Shown one piece after another: positions 38,094 to 47,752 of a stretch of DNA of 64,000 bases. Position numbers and translations under genes: made by a program. The notes beneath the pieces were generated by a model, which saw only the letters and a list, made by a program, of their open reading frames with translations, was not told the origin of the DNA and searched no databases. The DNA lies in contig CATQHZ020000001.1 in the NCBI GenBank assembly GCA_958296135.2, forward strand, positions 288,001 to 352,000, given 5' to 3'. Each line of letters opens with the position of its first letter. The first letter of the stretch is position 1. Source of the DNA: an uncultured Poribacteria bacterium. Its GTDB lineage: Bacteria; Poribacteria; WGA-4E; WGA-3G.

Positions 38094-38135
38094 CGCTTAA
38101 ACGGTAGAAGAAACCTCCTAGTCCTGATACCTCAT

Positions 38136-38164
38136 TTGACTTTTCTTTTCAAACGTGGTAGACT
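38136..38164 (+). promoter_or_regulatory. Sigma70 promoter for the binding-protein gene
   Basis: TTGACT-N17-TAGACT with an extended -10 TG. Confidence 0.6.
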
Positions 38165-38184
38165 TAAAAATATTTTGACAACAA

Positions 38185-38239
38185 GATGCCGCGGCCGTGA
38201 GGGTTTACCGCGGTATCCCAATCGAAGCAGCACCCTCAT
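38185..38239 (+). promoter_or_regulatory. Candidate H-type pseudoknot in the 5' UTR, just upstream of the SD
   Basis: Stem GATGCCGCGG/CCGCGGTATC. Loop TGAGGGT (38198-204) is complementary to ACCCTCA (38232-38). Confidence 0.5.
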
Positions 38240-38257
38240 TTTTTAAGGAGACTTTTC

Positions 38258-39472
38258 ATGAACTTTCAACAGAAAACCGAGAGAACCGCGCTGAGACGCA
38301 TCATGGCGTGCGGGCTTATCGCCTCATTTTTCCTTATGGGCATCGTGTTCTCCGCTTGTGAACGGGCAGAACAAATGATGGCACCCGCGGAAGAACCGAT
38401 GGTGACTCCCGAAGAGGCGGATACCATAGTCAAACTCGGTATGCTCTATTCATCACCTTTGCCGGGTACCACGCTGTCTGGCGCGGAATTAGCCGTCAGT
38501 GAGATAAATGCAGCAGGCGGTATCAACGGCATGTCGGTTGCGCTCATCGCGAAAGATGATACCAACGATACAGCAATGAGCGTGGCACTGGCAAACGAAC
38601 TGATTGCCGCGGGCGTAGCAGGCATCATCGGACCGGACTTTTCTGTGCATGCTTTTCAAGTTGGCCCGGTTGTCCAAGCCGCAGGCATCCCTATGATAAC
38701 GACGTATCCCACGAACCCTACCGTCCCCGACGCGGGTGACTTCGTGTTTATGGGCGCGTTCACCGATAACTACCAAGGCGAACTGATAGCCAAGTTTGCC
38801 GCTGAATCGCTGAGTGCCAAGAAAGCCGCCATCCTGACGCAAAGCGGCCTCGCCTACTCGGAAGGATTATCGCAATACTTTAAAGTCAGCCTCATGGCAT
38901 CGGGGGAAGGCGTTGAAGTGCTGCAAGTTTTCTACGATGAAAACGATACCGATTTCACAACGCAACTCACAGAAATTGCCGCGATGGAACCCGATGTCAT
39001 CTTTATACCCGACTTCGTGCCAATGGTGACGACAGCGATTCAGCAGGCAAGAGCAGCCGGCATCACTGCCACCTTCCTCGGCGGCGATGGATGGGATAAT
39101 CCACAACTGCTGGAAATGGGCGGCGACGCACTTGAAGGCAGCTTCTTCGTCAATCACTTCTCGGGACTGCTCGGAGCCGACCTCGGTGAAGATACAAGTC
39201 ACTTCGTAGCGGCTTACACGGAAAAGTATGGGATGGCACCGGATGGTCCCGCCTCGCTCGGATACGATGCCGTTCGGATAATGGTGCAGGCGATGCAGCG
39301 CGCTGGCGATATGAGTGGTGATGCCATTCGCGCCCAGGTCGCGGCAACGATGGACTACAGCGGCGCAACGCTGCTCTCCAAGTTTGACGAAAACCGCCAT
39401 GCGATTAAGAGTGGTGTCATCATTACTATTTCAGAGGGCGCGCTTCAGACACACCAGGTCATCGCACCGTAA
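38258..39472 (+). CDS. ABC transporter substrate-binding lipoprotein, Leu/Ile/Val (LivJ-like) family, paralog 1
   Basis: Lipobox FSAC, GAELAVSEINAAGGING, TDFTTQLT, FLGGDGWD and GYDAV. Confidence 0.9.
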   Translation: MNFQQKTERTALRRIMACGLIASFFLMGIVFSACERAEQMMAPAEEPMVTPEEADTIVKLGMLYSSPLPGTTLSGAELAVSEINAAGGINGMSVALIAKDDTNDTAMSVALANELIAAGVAGIIGPDFSVHAFQVGPVVQAAGIPMITTYPTNPTVPDAGDFVFMGAFTDNYQGELIAKFAAESLSAKKAAILTQSGLAYSEGLSQYFKVSLMASGEGVEVLQVFYDENDTDFTTQLTEIAAMEPDVIFIPDFVPMVTTAIQQARAAGITATFLGGDGWDNPQLLEMGGDALEGSFFVNHFSGLLGADLGEDTSHFVAAYTEKYGMAPDGPASLGYDAVRIMVQAMQRAGDMSGDAIRAQVAATMDYSGATLLSKFDENRHAIKSGVIITISEGALQTHQVIAP

Positions 39473-39486
39473 CCTCGCTTTCTGCT

Positions 39487-39517
39487 AGGCGGAGCATCCC
39501 TGTTCCGCCTCTTTTTT
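39487..39517 (+). terminator. Intrinsic terminator between the two binding-protein genes
   Basis: AGGCGGAGCA-TCCC-TGTTCCGCCT followed by CTTTTTT. Confidence 0.7.
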
Positions 39518-39620
39518 GATGCTTTTTCATAGGACTATGACACTCCTTGATGCAATCCGCACGAACATGACTTGTCCTTAGCAATAACATTTGTTTTCAA
39601 CCCCGAAATGGAGGATTCCA

Positions 39621-40853
39621 ATGAACTATCAACGAAACATGCCAGAGCGTGCGGTTATCCATCGTGTGACGGTTTACGGCGCGTTGGCATCGCTTTTTCT
39701 CATGTGCCTCATGTTTTCCGCGTGTGAGCGCATCCAACAAACTGTCGTCCCCGGTGAACAACCGACAGTTTCTCCTGGGGACAGTGACGAAACAATCAAG
39801 ATCGGCATGCTTTATTCCTTACCCGCCCCGGGAACGACGCTGTCTGGCGCGGAATTGGCCGTCAGCGAGTTCAACGCGGCAGGCGGCATCAACGGTGTGC
39901 CGATAACCCTCATCGCGAAGGATGATGGCAACGAACCGGAACGCAGTGCCGAATTGGCAAGAGAACTGATTGCTGAAGGCGTGATAGGCATCGTCGGGCC
40001 GGACTGGGATCCGCAGTCTTGGGCAGTAGGACCGCTCGCCCAAAGCGCGCAGATTCCCATGGTGACGACGTATCCCACCAACCCGAATAACCCCGATGCC
40101 GGTGACTTTGTGTTTATGAGTGCCTACACCGATAATTACCAAGGCGAATTGATTGCCAAGTTCGCGCTTGAATCGTTAGAGGCAACGACTGCTGCTATCC
40201 TGAGTGAGCAAAGCACGGCTTACACGGGAACCTACGCGGAAGCCCTTAGGGAGTTCTTCACGAACAACTTTACCGCGGGCGGCGGCACTATCGTCGCGCA
40301 GCAATTTTACGAAAAAGATGCTACCGATTTTACAACGCAATTGACAGCCATTGCCGCAGCATCACCCGATGTCGTCTTTGTGCCCGGCTTCATGCCGGAA
40401 GTCGCGCACGTCATTCAGCAAGGGAAAACGGCGCTCGGTATGACTGCAACCTTCCTCGGTGGCGATGGCTGGGATAACCCACAGTTGATTCCTGTCGGAG
40501 GCGCGGCATTGGAAGGAAGTTTCTTCGTCAATCACTTCGCAGCACAACCGGAGGCAAATCTGACACCGGAAGAGGCGCGTCAATTTGTGACGGCATATAC
40601 GGCAATGTTCGGGGTGCCGCCGGATGGTCCCGCGTCCTTGGGATATGATGCCGTTCGGATTCTCGCGCAGGCGATGCAACGCGCCGAAACCTTGACAGGC
40701 CCTGCCATTCGCGATGAAATCGCCGCAACGATGAACTACAGCGGCGCATCCACAATTGCCCGTTACGACGAAAACCGCTACGCGATTAAGAGCGGGGTTA
40801 TCAACACGATTACCGATGGTGTGATTCAGCTGCATCAAGTGATTACCCCTTGA
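39621..40853 (+). CDS. ABC transporter substrate-binding lipoprotein, LivJ-like, paralog 2
   Basis: Same motifs as 38258-39472. SD GGAGG before the ATG at 39621. Confidence 0.9.
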   Translation: MNYQRNMPERAVIHRVTVYGALASLFLMCLMFSACERIQQTVVPGEQPTVSPGDSDETIKIGMLYSLPAPGTTLSGAELAVSEFNAAGGINGVPITLIAKDDGNEPERSAELARELIAEGVIGIVGPDWDPQSWAVGPLAQSAQIPMVTTYPTNPNNPDAGDFVFMSAYTDNYQGELIAKFALESLEATTAAILSEQSTAYTGTYAEALREFFTNNFTAGGGTIVAQQFYEKDATDFTTQLTAIAAASPDVVFVPGFMPEVAHVIQQGKTALGMTATFLGGDGWDNPQLIPVGGAALEGSFFVNHFAAQPEANLTPEEARQFVTAYTAMFGVPPDGPASLGYDAVRILAQAMQRAETLTGPAIRDEIAATMNYSGASTIARYDENRYAIKSGVINTITDGVIQLHQVITP

Positions 40854-40875
40854 TCGAAGGGACGCAGAACAAACA

Positions 40876-40906
40876 CCGTAGGCGCGGTTTGAAACCGCGC
40901 CTACGG
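40876..40906. repeat. Perfect REP family B palindrome
   Basis: CCGTAGGCGCGGTTT-G-AAACCGCGCCTACGG. Confidence 0.85.
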
Positions 40907-40943
40907 ACAAATTAGTTTTTGTGTGAGTCAGGAGAAACGCACC

Positions 40944-41996
40944 ATGACAATAGGATTAGGCGTTATCGGAATGAATCCCACCAACATGGGTTCAACCGCA
41001 GCACTACTAAAAGATGTGCCAGACCTGGGATATGAACTCCGTGGTATCTGTGCAAAGCGCGCGGAAGTGCTGGAACCTTATGCGCAGCAACTCGGCATCG
41101 ATTTCTGGACGACAGATTACCGCGAACTCGTCCAGCGCGACGATATTGAGGTAATCGCTGTCTATTCCCCAGATCATCTGCACGCAGCGCATTGCATCGC
41201 CGCTATAGAGGCAGGGAAGCACGTCGTCTGCACCAAACCAATGGTGACAACGTTGGCAGACGCACAGCACCTCGTCGAACTGGTGCGGAAGCACAACATC
41301 AAGTTTCTCGTTGGACAGACGATGCGGTTTGACTTGCAATTTCTAACAATGAAGAAACTCTTTGATGACGGTGACCTGGGTGACATCATGGTGGCAGATG
41401 CCTACTATGTCCACGATATGCGCGAGGTTTACGATTTCACCCCGTGGCGGCTCCACGCACCGCAAGATCTGATGTTCGGCGGCGTGGTGCATCCCGTTGA
41501 CATTCTGCGCAGCTTCCTCGGCGATGTTGAGGAGGTGCATGCCTACGGGACGAAAGGCTCGCTCACGCCGGCATACCCGCTCAGGAACAATTTCTTCCTA
41601 AATCTCAAGTTTAAAAGTGGACAGATTGCACGCGCAATGGGGCTTTACGACATCGTCCACCCGCCGATGCCGATGATGCAGGTGTCTCTATACGGCAGCA
41701 AAGGCACGATGATAGGCGACTTTACCGATAACAAAGGTGGGCAAGTGAAATTGATGCTTGACAAAATGGCGGCGAGGGAGCCGTTTGAGATGACGTGCCC
41801 GCCGGAAGTGGACACGAGCGTGTATGGGCACGGACAAACGGTTATCCGATATATGCGCCATTTTCAGGAGTGTCTTGAGAGGGATTTAGCACCGTCGCCG
41901 GGTGTGGTTGATGGCGCGAAGTCCATCGCTGTCGGCGTAGCGGCGTGGGAATCCATTGAAACTGGGCAACCCGTGCCGGTCTTCAACGAATTTTAG
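40944..41996 (+). CDS. Gfo/Idh/MocA family oxidoreductase
   Basis: GLGVIG, SPDHLH, AGKHVVCTKPM and QTMRF. Confidence 0.88.
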   Translation: MTIGLGVIGMNPTNMGSTAALLKDVPDLGYELRGICAKRAEVLEPYAQQLGIDFWTTDYRELVQRDDIEVIAVYSPDHLHAAHCIAAIEAGKHVVCTKPMVTTLADAQHLVELVRKHNIKFLVGQTMRFDLQFLTMKKLFDDGDLGDIMVADAYYVHDMREVYDFTPWRLHAPQDLMFGGVVHPVDILRSFLGDVEEVHAYGTKGSLTPAYPLRNNFFLNLKFKSGQIARAMGLYDIVHPPMPMMQVSLYGSKGTMIGDFTDNKGGQVKLMLDKMAAREPFEMTCPPEVDTSVYGHGQTVIRYMRHFQECLERDLAPSPGVVDGAKSIAVGVAAWESIETGQPVPVFNEF

Positions 41997-42041
41997 AGGA
42001 ATAACGGGCCCACGCTGGCATTTGTGCGGGCCCGTTCGCGG

Positions 42042-42676
42042 TTAGTCCTTCTTCTCAGCCGTGTCGGCGGGGTGCGGCGGTGCTGGGATAAATTTCCAGC
42101 CTTGCTTTTTCAACTCCGCCTCTTGCGCCTTCAGATGTTCAAAGTATTCTTCTTGGGTGCTGAATCGCGCCTGTTCCGCCCGCATTTCCGCACTAATCTT
42201 CCGCTTGATACGATAGCATTCCTCAAGGATGGGATCCGTGTAGGTGCCGGGCACTACGTCCGGGTGCAGGTGCTTATCAGGGGTTTCTTTCACGGTAAAT
42301 TCCTCCATAAGTGTTGTCGGCGTGCAGATAGCGAAATGGCGATATGGGCCGCGTCTGCTTCCAAATTGGGCGGGACAGCTCTTGCATCGCGCAACTTCTG
42401 ACTCAAATCATCAGCCGCCGGTGATTTTTCCAATACCGGTAGGCCCGCTAATGCTGCAAGCCGCTTCCCTGCCTCGGTTGGATTGCCAGCACTCACCTCG
42501 TTCACAACAACACGTGAAACGACAAACTCAAATCTCTCGGCATATTCTTGCCAGAACCGCTGCGTTGCCCGCTGCCACGCCGCTATTCGCGGATTGGCAC
42601 TCAGAAGTGCTACTAAGTAACTAATGACTGTCGTTTCAACGTAGACTCTCGGTTTTCTATCGCTATAGTTTCGCAC
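42042..42676 (-). pseudogene. PIN-domain (VapC-like) toxin gene disrupted by an internal deletion/frameshift; the small downstream ORF (42042-42308) is intact
   Basis: KPRVYVETTVISYL...DAAHIAI ends abruptly. The expected terminal ICTP..LMEE follows at once in a different frame, and the DYLLTWN segment is missing. Confidence 0.7.
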
Positions 42677-42728
42677 AAAACCCTTTCCTGTGAAAAAGTC
42701 AATCTGTCGCGTTCAAAATATCCCCTTC

Positions 42729-42757
42729 ATTATACCCCATAAAAACCGAAAAGTCAA
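42729..42757 (-). promoter_or_regulatory. Sigma70 promoter for the PIN gene
   Basis: TTGACT-N17-TATAAT. Confidence 0.65.
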
Positions 42758-42770
42758 CATTAAATTTTTC

Positions 42771-42861
42771 TTGACATTTAAGTTGATATAATGTATAATT
42801 TAGTCATACCTAAATTAATTTCTAAATGTCCCTAACAATCTTGGCAGGCAGTGCCTAAATT
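42771..42861 (+). promoter_or_regulatory. Sigma70 promoter with overlapping MntR/DtxR-type operator(s)
   Basis: TTGACA-N17-TATAAT (42771-99). Perfect inverted repeat AATTTAG-TCATAC-CTAAATT (42797-816). Second site AGGCAGTGCCTAAATT (42846-61). Confidence 0.8.
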
Positions 42862-42893
42862 TTGGGGATACAGACGCAAATGTGGAAATAGGA

Positions 42894-43562
42894 ATGATGC
42901 TGACACACGCAGCTGAGGACTATCTCAAGTCCATCTATAAGTTACAAGAAAAGGGCAGTAAGGTGTCAACCGGCCTTTTAGCCGAGACGCTCAACGTTAA
43001 GCCCGCTTCAGCGACCGGCATGCTGAAAAAACTGAAGACGATGAAATTGGTGTGCCAAGAACGGTATCAGGAAATCACGCTGACTGCGGCAGGCGAGGCA
43101 ATCGCGCTGGAAATCATTCGGCACCACCGCTTGCTGGAGCTCTACCTGTTCAAGGCACTCGGTGTGCCGTGGGAGAGTGTGCATGAAGAAGCCGAGAAAC
43201 TGGAGCATGTCATTTCCGAAGATGTGGAAGAACGGATAGATGCCATCCTCGGCTATCCAACCGCCGACCCGCACGGCGCGCCGATACCCGATAAGAACGG
43301 CGTTGTTACGCGAACCGCTGACGCATCGATGACAACGCTTCGCAAAGGACAATCGTGCATTGTCGCCGAAGTCAGCGATACTGATTCAGCATTGCTACAA
43401 TATGTCGGCGAGTTGAACCTTTATCCCGGCACCGCCTTTCAGGTGCTTGATGTCGCCCCGTTTGAGGGGCCTTTTACCATTGACATCGCGGGACAGCAAG
43501 CTGTCATCGGACGCGAGGTCGCGAAGCACATTTTTGTCGCCGAAGTGCGGGAAGAAGGATAA
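42894..43562 (+). CDS. mntR: DtxR/MntR family metal-dependent repressor with FeoA domain
   Basis: EDYLKSIY, RHHRLLELYL, EAEKLEHVIS and DPHGAPIP. Confidence 0.92.
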   Translation: MMLTHAAEDYLKSIYKLQEKGSKVSTGLLAETLNVKPASATGMLKKLKTMKLVCQERYQEITLTAAGEAIALEIIRHHRLLELYLFKALGVPWESVHEEAEKLEHVISEDVEERIDAILGYPTADPHGAPIPDKNGVVTRTADASMTTLRKGQSCIVAEVSDTDSALLQYVGELNLYPGTAFQVLDVAPFEGPFTIDIAGQQAVIGREVAKHIFVAEVREEG

Positions 43563-43565
43563 AAA

Positions 43566-44714
43566 ATGGAACGACACAACACTACCCCGACTACCCCGAC
43601 GGATAGCAAAACGCTCAAAACGTGGAAACACCACCTGCAGGATGAGGTAGATGCCAGGTTCCTTTACGAGGTTTTCACCGAACTTGAGCCAGATGCGAAG
43701 CGTAAAAAAATATTAGGCGGGTTAGCAGCCGTCGAAGACGAGCACGTCACCCGATGGCAGCAGCTGCTCGCTGTCTCTAACGTCAAGCATAAGCCGCCGC
43801 AACCGACAGTGAAGGCGCGGCTGATGGCGTGGTGCGCCCGCCGGTTTGGCGGCGAATTCTTCCTCGCGCAAATGCTGAACGCGGAAGCGGGGGAAGTCAA
43901 GGACTACCTAACGCTCCATAAAAACAGCACGCACTCAGGCGCGAAAGAGATGGCACTCGATCTGGCGAAAGAATCCGCCAAGCACACCGAAAGTCTGCAG
44001 GAACTGACCGGCACCAGCGAAGAACCGTGGCACAAAACCGAATCCGGCGGCATGGTAGGCAACGTTGTCTACGGCTTTAACGATGGGCTCACAGCGAACT
44101 TCGGCCTCGTCGCCGGCGTCATCGCCGCGACGCAGGATACCTCTATCATTCTCGTGACCGGCATCGTTGGCACCGTCGCCGACGCGCTCTCTATGGGCGC
44201 CTCCGGGTACCTCGCAGCGAAAAGCGAATTGGAGGTATACGAGCACGAGATTAAGGTTGAATATGATGAAATTTGCTTCATGCCGGACCTCGAGGAAGAC
44301 GAACTCGCGCTTATCTATGAGGCACGCGGCATCGCACCAGAGCCTGCACGAAACCTCGCGCGGGAAATCATGCAGGACCCCGAGCGGGCCCTCGCTGAAA
44401 AGATACAGTCGGAACTCAAGATAGGCGAAACATACACTACACCGTTCAAAGAAGGGTGGATCACCGGGTTAGCCACCGCCATAGGGGCTTTTATTCCAGT
44501 GGCTCCCTTCTTGTGGCTCTCCGGGACCCTCGCTGTCTGGCTCGCATTCGCGCTCGCCATGCTGTCGCACTTCGCTGTCGGCGGAACGCGAAGCCTGTTC
44601 ACCGGACGCGGCCTCATTCGGAGTGGGATTGACATGTTTGCCGTCGGCCTCGGTGTCGCAGGCGTAGGATACATCGTCGGGGCACTTTTAGAACACTTTT
44701 TCTTTGGAAATTAG
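43566..44714 (+). CDS. VIT1/CCC1 family metal transporter with an N-terminal ferritin/rubrerythrin-like domain (MbfA-like)
   Basis: N-terminal E..A..Y...EDEH pattern; VYGFNDGLTANFGLV; ALSMGASGYL; C-terminal transmembrane helices. Confidence 0.85.
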   Translation: MERHNTTPTTPTDSKTLKTWKHHLQDEVDARFLYEVFTELEPDAKRKKILGGLAAVEDEHVTRWQQLLAVSNVKHKPPQPTVKARLMAWCARRFGGEFFLAQMLNAEAGEVKDYLTLHKNSTHSGAKEMALDLAKESAKHTESLQELTGTSEEPWHKTESGGMVGNVVYGFNDGLTANFGLVAGVIAATQDTSIILVTGIVGTVADALSMGASGYLAAKSELEVYEHEIKVEYDEICFMPDLEEDELALIYEARGIAPEPARNLAREIMQDPERALAEKIQSELKIGETYTTPFKEGWITGLATAIGAFIPVAPFLWLSGTLAVWLAFALAMLSHFAVGGTRSLFTGRGLIRSGIDMFAVGLGVAGVGYIVGALLEHFFFGN

Positions 44715-44812
44715 GCGCACCCAGTAGGAGAGAGCTCCCAGTCTTGAGCCCGCGTGCATCAGAACCGGGCGGCACCTCCTACTGAATGCCTATAGCGAAA
44801 GGAACTAAGGCT

Positions 44813-45772
44813 ATGCAGCGAATAAACATCGTTTTAAGGCATTGCTTGATTGCACTAGGTATCATAGCCCTACTGACATGCATCGGCTGTGATGGAAAGA
44901 GACAGCCCGATGCCGCAATGGCAGGGCGGCTCCGCGTCGTCACGACAATCGGGATGATAACCGACATCGTCAAAAACGTCGGCGATGCGCATGTTGAAGT
45001 AACGGGACTGATGGGGCCCGGCGTAGATCCGCACCTTTACAAAGCCACCGCCGGCGACGTGGCACGTTTGGCATCCGCGAAACTCATTTTCTACAACGGG
45101 CTGCACCTTGAGTCAAAAATGGGCGAAATCCTCGCCAAGATGACTGGGAATACGAAAACCGTCGCTGTTACTGATGATGTCAACCGGGCGCGGCTCCTAA
45201 CGCCACCCGAATTTGAGGGACAATACGACCCGCACTTATGGTTTGACGTGACGCTGTGGATGAAAGCCGTGGAAAAGGTGCGCGACACCCTCACTGAAAT
45301 CGACCCGGGACATCAAGCCGACTACGAGGCGAACGCCGAACGTTACCTCGCCGAACTCGCCAAACTGCATCGGTATGTCAAAACGCAGGCGGAGAAAGTA
45401 CCGCCGGAACAACGCGTGCTTGTAACGGCGCACGATGCTTTTAATTACTTCGGGAATGCCTACGGATTTGAGGTGCGCGGACTACAAGGCATTAGCACGG
45501 CAACCGAGGCTGGCATCGCAGACGTTCAAGAGTTGGCAACCTTTATCGCCGAGCGGCGTATCCCAGCAATCTTTGTGGAATCCTCAGTCTCTTCACGGAG
45601 CATTGAAGCGGTGAAAGCCGCTGTCAAATCGAGAGGGTTCAACGTTGAAATCGGGGGAGAACTTTTCTCAGATGCGATGGGCACCGAAGGGACTCCCGAA
45701 GGTACTTATATCGGCATGGTGCAGCACAATATCGATACAATTGTCACCGCATTGACAGCAGTGCAACCGTAA
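44813..45772 (+). CDS. Mn/Zn ABC transporter substrate-binding lipoprotein (TroA/MntA)
   Basis: Lipobox CIGC, GPGVDPHLY, NGLHLE, DPHLWFD, TAHDAF and FSDAMG. Confidence 0.92.
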   Translation: MQRINIVLRHCLIALGIIALLTCIGCDGKRQPDAAMAGRLRVVTTIGMITDIVKNVGDAHVEVTGLMGPGVDPHLYKATAGDVARLASAKLIFYNGLHLESKMGEILAKMTGNTKTVAVTDDVNRARLLTPPEFEGQYDPHLWFDVTLWMKAVEKVRDTLTEIDPGHQADYEANAERYLAELAKLHRYVKTQAEKVPPEQRVLVTAHDAFNYFGNAYGFEVRGLQGISTATEAGIADVQELATFIAERRIPAIFVESSVSSRSIEAVKAAVKSRGFNVEIGGELFSDAMGTEGTPEGTYIGMVQHNIDTIVTALTAVQP

Positions 45773-45790
45773 AAAACGCCACGCCAGCAC

Positions 45791-45869
45791 GTAGGGCGAG
45801 GGCCTGTCTCTTGATGTCTCACATGAAAATACACTTCGGCGCGTAGCGCGAGGCCCTGTCCCTCGCGCT
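45791..45869. repeat. REP family A pair inside the metal operon
   Basis: GTAGGGCGAGGGCCTGTCTC and GTAGCGCGAGGCCCTGTCCCTCGCGCT. Confidence 0.7.
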
Positions 45870-45893
45870 CTAATACTCAGAGGAGGAGCCGGC

Positions 45894-46634
45894 GTGAATA
45901 CTCTCGAAACGAAAGCCATTGAGGTAACCGACCTCACCGTCGCATATCAGGAAAAACCGGTCTTGTGGGATGTCGATCTGGACGTGCCCCCCGGCGTGCT
46001 GCTAGCAATCGTCGGCCCCAACGGTGCCGGCAAAACGACGCTGATTAAGGCGATTTTGGGACTTGTCCGCCCCGCCGCGGGGCGCGTCTTAATTTACGAG
46101 AAACCTTATCCCGCGCAACGGCGAATTGTCGGATATGTCCCGCAACGCGGCAGTGTCGACTGGGATTTTCCCACCAATGTCCTAGATGTCGTGATGATGG
46201 GACGTTACGGCAATTTGGGCTGGATCCGGCGACCGGGGAAGGCGGAACGTGAACTCGCGATGAACGCACTAGAAAAAGTCGGCATGCAGGCGTATGCAGA
46301 AAGGCAGATAAGCCAACTCTCCGGCGGACAGCAGCAGCGCGTCTTCCTCGCCCGCGCCCTCGTCCAAGATGCCACCGTCTATTTCATGGACGAACCGTTC
46401 CAAGGAGTTGACGCAACGACAGAACGCGCAATCGTGGCACTGCTGCAAGAGCTCCGGGCGAACGGCAAAACAGTCGTCGTCGTGCATCATGATCTTCAGA
46501 CTGTCACAGACTATTTTGACTGGGTGATGCTCTTAAACATCCATCGCATTGCCAGCGGACCGGTTGAAGAAACGTTCACCTCGGACAATTTACGCCAGAC
46601 ATACGGCGGACGCGTCGCTTTCATGAAAAATTAA
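45894..46634 (+). CDS. Mn/Zn ABC transporter ATP-binding protein (TroB/MntB)
   Basis: [22 protein letters not shown] and VHHDL. Confidence 0.93.
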   Translation: MNTLETKAIEVTDLTVAYQEKPVLWDVDLDVPPGVLLAIVGPNGAGKTTLIKAILGLVRPAAGRVLIYEKPYPAQRRIVGYVPQRGSVDWDFPTNVLDVVMMGRYGNLGWIRRPGKAERELAMNALEKVGMQAYAERQISQLSGGQQQRVFLARALVQDATVYFMDEPFQGVDATTERAIVALLQELRANGKTVVVVHHDLQTVTDYFDWVMLLNIHRIASGPVEETFTSDNLRQTYGGRVAFMKN

Positions 46635-46708
46635 GAATCCTTCGTCACGTAGCGCAAGAGCCCAGCGAGCACGAATCGCCGAGAGTTTCGCTCGCAATCG
46701 TTCAACCT

Positions 46709-47698
46709 ATGAAAACGCTCATACCTTTTAATTACACACTCATAGTTGTCGCCATCGGTTCGGCACTGCTCGGTATCATCAGCGGCGCGCTCGGCACTTA
46801 CGCCGTTTTGCGGCGGCAGAGCCTCCTCGGCGATGCTATCTCGCACGCCGCACTGCCCGGCATCGCCATCGCATTTTTGCTCACCGGCAGCAAAACGCCG
46901 CTGATTCTAGTGCTCGGTGCCGCTCTGGCCGGATGGCTCGGCACACTGCTGATTTTAAGCATCATCAAACTCACCCGCATCAAATACGACAGCGCGCTCG
47001 CGCTCGTGCTCTCCACCTTTTTCGGATGCGGGTTAGTCCTGCACACCCTCATTCAGCGGACCGGCAATGCGAATCAGGCGGGGCTAGATACGTTCCTCTT
47101 CGGGCAAGCCGCTTCGCTTCTGGAACGCGATGTGCTGACGATGGGCATCCTCGGCGGTATCGCGCTTCTCATCATGTCTCTCTTTTGGAAAGAGTTGAAA
47201 CTGCTCGTTTTTGATGAGGCGTTCGCGACATCGATCGGCTTGCCGGTCCGCGCCCTCGATATTCTACTGACGAGTCTCTTAACCGTCGCCATTGTCCTCG
47301 GTTTACAAGCGGTAGGTGCTGTGCTGATGAGCGCGATGTTAGTTGCCCCTGCTGTTGCGGCGCGGCAATGGACAGACCGGCTCGCGCACATGGTGCTTCT
47401 CGCCGCGCTCTTTGGTGCAATCGCCGGGGTGAGCGGAACGGTTATCAGTAGCAGTGCCTCACGCATCCCAACCGGGCCAACTATCGTGCTATGTGCAACA
47501 GTCATCGTCGGATTCTCCATCGCACTTGCACCGAACCGAGGGCTGGTGTGGCACTGGGTGCGGCAGAGAAAAAATAAGGCGAGGATGCAACGGCATGGTA
47601 AGACAACCTTCACCGCGCAAGAGAAACTCGCCGAACGCCTCGCGACAGACAGAAAATTGTTGGAAAGTCCTCAGCGTGAAGGGGATTTGGAGGCATAA
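46709..47698 (+). CDS. Mn/Zn ABC transporter permease (TroC/MntC)
   Basis: SLLGDAISHAALPG, FLFGQ, KELKL..FD and PTGP. Confidence 0.92.
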   Translation: MKTLIPFNYTLIVVAIGSALLGIISGALGTYAVLRRQSLLGDAISHAALPGIAIAFLLTGSKTPLILVLGAALAGWLGTLLILSIIKLTRIKYDSALALVLSTFFGCGLVLHTLIQRTGNANQAGLDTFLFGQAASLLERDVLTMGILGGIALLIMSLFWKELKLLVFDEAFATSIGLPVRALDILLTSLLTVAIVLGLQAVGAVLMSAMLVAPAVAARQWTDRLAHMVLLAALFGAIAGVSGTVISSSASRIPTGPTIVLCATVIVGFSIALAPNRGLVWHWVRQRKNKARMQRHGKTTFTAQEKLAERLATDRKLLESPQREGDLEA

Positions 47699-47752
47699 AG
47701 GCTGCGGACAGATATAGAAATCTGTCCTTACAATTACTGTGCGGGGAATACT

